Shown piece by piece: positions 60,430 through 64,000 of a stretch of DNA of 64,000 nt. The stretch lies in IMG/VR virus record IMGVR_UViG_3300045988_083782. One strand, 5' to 3'. Origin of the DNA: a virus. The stretch's first letter is position 1, and every line of letters begins with the position of its first letter. Position numbers and translations under genes: made by a program. Below the pieces are notes generated by a model. It had not been told where the DNA came from. It did not search any database and worked only from the letters and a program-made list of their open reading frames with translations.

Positions 60430-63127
60430 TCTCTAGCTCTCTTACTTTGTTTTTCAACGTAGTTACTTCATCTTCAACATGATTCAACTATGCGGACAAT
60501 ACAGCAGTACATCCATTGTAGTTCAGAGATAAATATGGGCGATTCTTATCCTAGCCTAATACTAACTCTGGATACAATGCTTGTACTTCTTGTGCTATAA
60601 AACCTATTGATTGCTTACCATCCTTTACATAGTGTCTAGGTATAAGTCTTCCTCTATAGTTTAATGTATGTATATTACTTTTTAATCTAGCATCTGAGTA
60701 TGCAGTTACCTCACCAGATGCAACCACACTGCCAGTTACTGATAGAGTACTTCCAGTAATTGTTACAACATAACTTCCTGTAGTATTGTTTACATCTCCA
60801 TTTCTTCTACCTATATACATGTTTCCATCCTAATTAGAGTATATTCCCCATGTATAACTACGGTTAGCTAAATTAATTCCTATGTGATTAGTGTTGTATA
60901 GCTTTATACCACAATAATGACCGCCAATACCCCAAGATCTGTAACCAGAGTTATATAACACTTTATTATTGTATACCTAAACCATATCAGAATCAGTCAT
61001 ATAGATCCCACCTCCATAAGATTGAGAGTACCATCCGGTAGCACCGTCTGTACGTATCCAAGACGAAGCTCGAATATCACCAGATACATTTAATTTATAA
61101 TCAGGACTAATTCCTCCAATTGCAACATTACCACCTCCATTACACATCTGTAAATGTTGACCTGATTTATGCTGTAAGTACAATCTAGAGTTCCAGTTAT
61201 TTATCTCAGAAGAACATCCTCCGTCATTACCAGAATTATCAGTTTCTATACAAATATTTCTACTTTTTAAACCAATACTTGAAAAGAAGGTTTGCGCTGA
61301 CCAATTGACGCCATCTTTATTACTATTATAAGCAGTCCATACTTCATAGTTTGTACCATAAGAAGTCCCATTAGAATTTTGGGTGCTTATACCAAATCTA
61401 GGTGTCCCATTTCTAATAAAATGTAAGGCACACATTGGAAGTACATCACCACCTGAGTATCCATTAATCCATAAGGTATCAGACCAAGGTCCTCCAAAAC
61501 CAATACCAGTCATAGCAACTCTTAACCCCATGTGTTGAGAGAAATAAGTTTGCGGATTAGCTTGCGTTCCACCATTATATCTAGTAGGTAAATACGTAGC
61601 ATACCCATCTATATTTCCAGTAATTGTATTCTTAGAGGTCAAGTTGGTAAATACCGCAGCTCCATTTGTTCTTATACTCCAATAAGCTTCCGCAGCTCCA
61701 TCAGCAGAGCAAAGGTCTTGACAATATACCCATCCGGAATTCCCCGAAGATCCTATATACAGATTATGATTTAAAGAACAAACTCTTTGCCCATATATTA
61801 TCGCACCAAAGATTTTACCAAATTGCCATGTTTCAGTACCTAAGAAAGAATTGCCTGAAGAAGATCCTTGCTCAAATGGAATTAATCCGGGTTTTGCTGT
61901 TCGTATCCAATCCGTATCAATATTTCCAACTTTACCCATTCCATAGTATCCATTCTTGTTTATAGCTCTGATGTAGTTATCATCATATCTATTCATAGAA
62001 GTCTTAGGAACAAGTACAGCTCTTGATAGTCCTGTTTCTGCTGTTATAATAGATATACTAAATGAATTAATGACATAATGATTTGTAGTATTCTGACCAC
62101 CAAATATTTGATATAAAAATACTTTAGGATAATGCCATTCATAAGTTAAACTCCCTAGTAATATACAACATCTACCTGCATTATCATCGTAAGCAACTCT
62201 AACATCTCCACTAAATTCTCCATTAACTTGATAACTATAATTATAATAACCTGGACTAGCTGTATAATTATAAAAACTTACAGTTATTTCAGAGCTACCT
62301 TTATTATCGTATTCATAAAGCATTATCTTATACACAGCCATAGTATTACTCCAAGTAATAGGCAATACTATCTTTATAGTTCCGGTCATAGTACTACCGG
62401 TTCCATCAAACATAGAACCATTCCCAAAATAATTTGCTACAAATTTACCTCCTGACATATTTTGTGTAGACAAAACATCTGCGCTAAATTTATTGCTTAT
62501 AATCCAAGGAGCTTCAAACCATTCACCGCCTTGATTACCCATAAGTATTATTCCAGCTGTTGCACGATAAGCATCAAAATCAGTGTAAACAAATGCTACT
62601 TGTTGTGATCCATTTGCAGCAGAAAATACTAGTTTAGGAGGAGCAGAAAGAGATGGAGGATTGACAGCATCTGCTGAAATGAATAGAGAACCAGTCATGG
62701 TATCTCCAGTTTTTCTCACATACAATCCATCTGCATAATCTTTATCTAATACCATCTTCCATCCATTCCAAGAAGTGCCTATGCCTGTACGAAAACGAAG
62801 GTTAGCATTAGGATTATTTGTAGACGATGGTCCCGCTAATTGCCATGTTACATAGTCTACATTTGACCATCCACTTACAGATATACCACTCCACCAAGTA
62901 CCAGAAGGCATATCGTTTAGATTAAAGAAAGTGCTAATAGTTCTAGATTCAAAGTCTGTGGGAGCTGGGAAAGATTCTCTTCTATCAATAACATGTAGAG
63001 AATTACTAACATTAGATTCTAAGACTTTATTCTAATTACCATTATATGCTAAGGCATACAAATTCCCATCTACACTCCCATCTGCTTTGAGGAACTAAGT
63101 TAAACAAATATAAATATGTATAAAATA
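60383..63127 (-). CDS. alternative tail-fibre distal cassette with S74 chaperone domain; no start codon upstream of the repeat
   Basis: The minus-strand frame is open for 915 codons from just after TAA 63128-63130 to TGA 60383-60385. Pieces 60977-62911 and 60551-60820 are joined by TAG codons. It begins ...TQ(TAG)FLKADGSVDGN. The first ATG is at 62911. It ends GEVTAYSDARLKSNI...IGFIAQEVQALYPELV. Confidence 0.7.
63062..63094 (-). repeat. right (inverted) copy of the 33-bp repeat
   Basis: The reverse complement of 63062-63094 is identical to 57640-57672. Flanks diverge immediately on both sides. Confidence 0.9.
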
Positions 63128-63356
63128 TTAGAAAATATAAGTAGTAGAGATCTATTAGAACACATATATGTAATGTAGTTATAGATACTAAATAAACTAA
63201 ATAAAATGGATGATGATGGTAAAGAATTTGCCTTAAATCTATTAGCTGATTTAATAGGTTCTAAGATAGTAGAGCGATAGGATTCTGTAATATTTGATTC
63301 TATCAATACTACAACTCGTAGTTAATTACGTTAAATATACATAAATTATATTAATA

Positions 63357-63800
63357 ATGGAAAGAAAATAGATTATACAAGAGCTTAAACAGTACTTTAG
63401 TATTAAAGAACTAGTATGCCCACATGTATATAGTAAGTTTGGTGAGACAGCTTGGATGTTCTTATCAACCCCTTTACTTCATACTCTACTAGTAATACGT
63501 AGAGATATATTACAGAAACCTATGACAATAAACAACTCATCTAACTATGCACAAAGAGGTCTAAGATGCAACATGTGTTAGATAGTAAAGAGTAAGAATT
63601 CAGCATACTTGTCTGCACACGTATTAGGAGAAGGATGTGATTTCACATCGCCTAATGTATCTGCTGAAGATATTAGAAATTTAATTGCAGAGAATGAAGA
63701 CAAATTGCCTTATAAGATTAGATTAGAGAAAGATGTGAACTGGGTTCATGTTGATTGCTATGATAATTCAGATAATAAAATAAGTTACTTTAAAGCATAA
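63357..63800 (+). CDS. peptidase M15 family cell-wall hydrolase (endolysin candidate), two TAG codons
   Basis: ATG 63357 is in frame with 63609-63800. Contains SAHVLGEGCDF and WVHVD zinc-ligand motifs (H-x6-D ... H). Confidence 0.65.
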
Positions 63801-63825
63801 TAATAACTGCTCCCAACTCGTAATC

Positions 63826-63838
63826 GGGGGGGGGGGGG
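63826..63838. repeat. G13 homopolymer followed by A6
   Basis: CGGGGGGGGGGGGGAAAAAA, 16 nt upstream of the ATG at 63855. Confidence 0.9.
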
Positions 63839-63854
63839 AAAAAATACTCCGAAT

Positions 63855-64000
63855 ATGAAAAACAATATACAAAATGCAAATGGTGTAGACAACTCACTAC
63901 AAGTAAGTCGTCTAAATGATGTCACTGGTACTAACTTCAAATTAGATGGAGATAGACCTTTCTTAATTAAGAATATTACTGATTCTAATATAACATGTAC
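63855..64000 (+). CDS. hypothetical protein, 5' part (continues beyond the window)
   Basis: ATG 63855, open to the end of the window. Confidence 0.4.
   Translation, partial: MKNNIQNANGVDNSLQVSRLNDVTGTNFKLDGDRPFLIKNITDSNITC

Noticed and set aside
63206-63325. 39-codon plus-strand ORF (one TAG) between the right inverted repeat and the M15 peptidase, considered as a possible recombination directionality factor or invertase.
   Set aside because: It is far too small for a serine or tyrosine recombinase and has no recognisable motif.
1-64000. CRISPR arrays, a reverse transcriptase/DGR, integrase or lysogeny genes.
   Set aside because: I saw no spaced direct-repeat array (only one 2-copy 23-bp tandem repeat), no YxDD-containing RT-like ORF, and no recombinase-like ORF in either strand's ORF set.

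Overview
AT-rich phage DNA. From gene content and order I infer a crAss-like (Crassvirales-type) podophage of Bacteroidota. I could not run any homology search. The window has four parts. (1) nt 1-2001 is the 3' end of a plus-strand late gene. (2) About 2.07-33.7 kb is a minus-strand early/replication block. It holds a PD-(D/E)XK nuclease, AAA+ ATPases, a DUF1064-like nuclease, a primase, an SSB, a Sak4-like ATPase, a DnaB-like helicase, a family B DNA polymerase, an ECF sigma factor and many small ORFs. (3) From 33.96 kb there is a plus-strand middle/late block: small genes, dUTPase, two tRNAs, TerL, portal, a retropepsin-like protease, scaffold-like protein, putative major capsid protein, structural genes, two GIY-YIG homing endonucleases and tail fibres. 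(4) A minus-strand fibre cassette lies at 60.4-63.1 kb, followed by an M15 peptidase. Three points stand out. First, TAG is a sense codon. A tRNA with anticodon CUA sits at 39016-39090, and almost every gene after it is broken by in-frame TAG, while real stops are TAA or TGA. Two internal paralog alignments place TAG opposite CAA, which supports Gln. Second, a perfect 33-bp inverted repeat (57640-57672 and 63062-63094) brackets two convergent alternative fibre distal regions. The second region has no start codon of its own. This is the layout of a Mu G-segment-like invertible host-range switch, but no recombinase gene is present in the window. Third, the early block holds about 5 kb of ORF-free islands and five minus-strand tRNA-like elements. 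Two of these have the anticodon loop replaced by a closed hairpin, and three are 113-123 nt long. All functional calls rest on motifs read by eye and on gene order.
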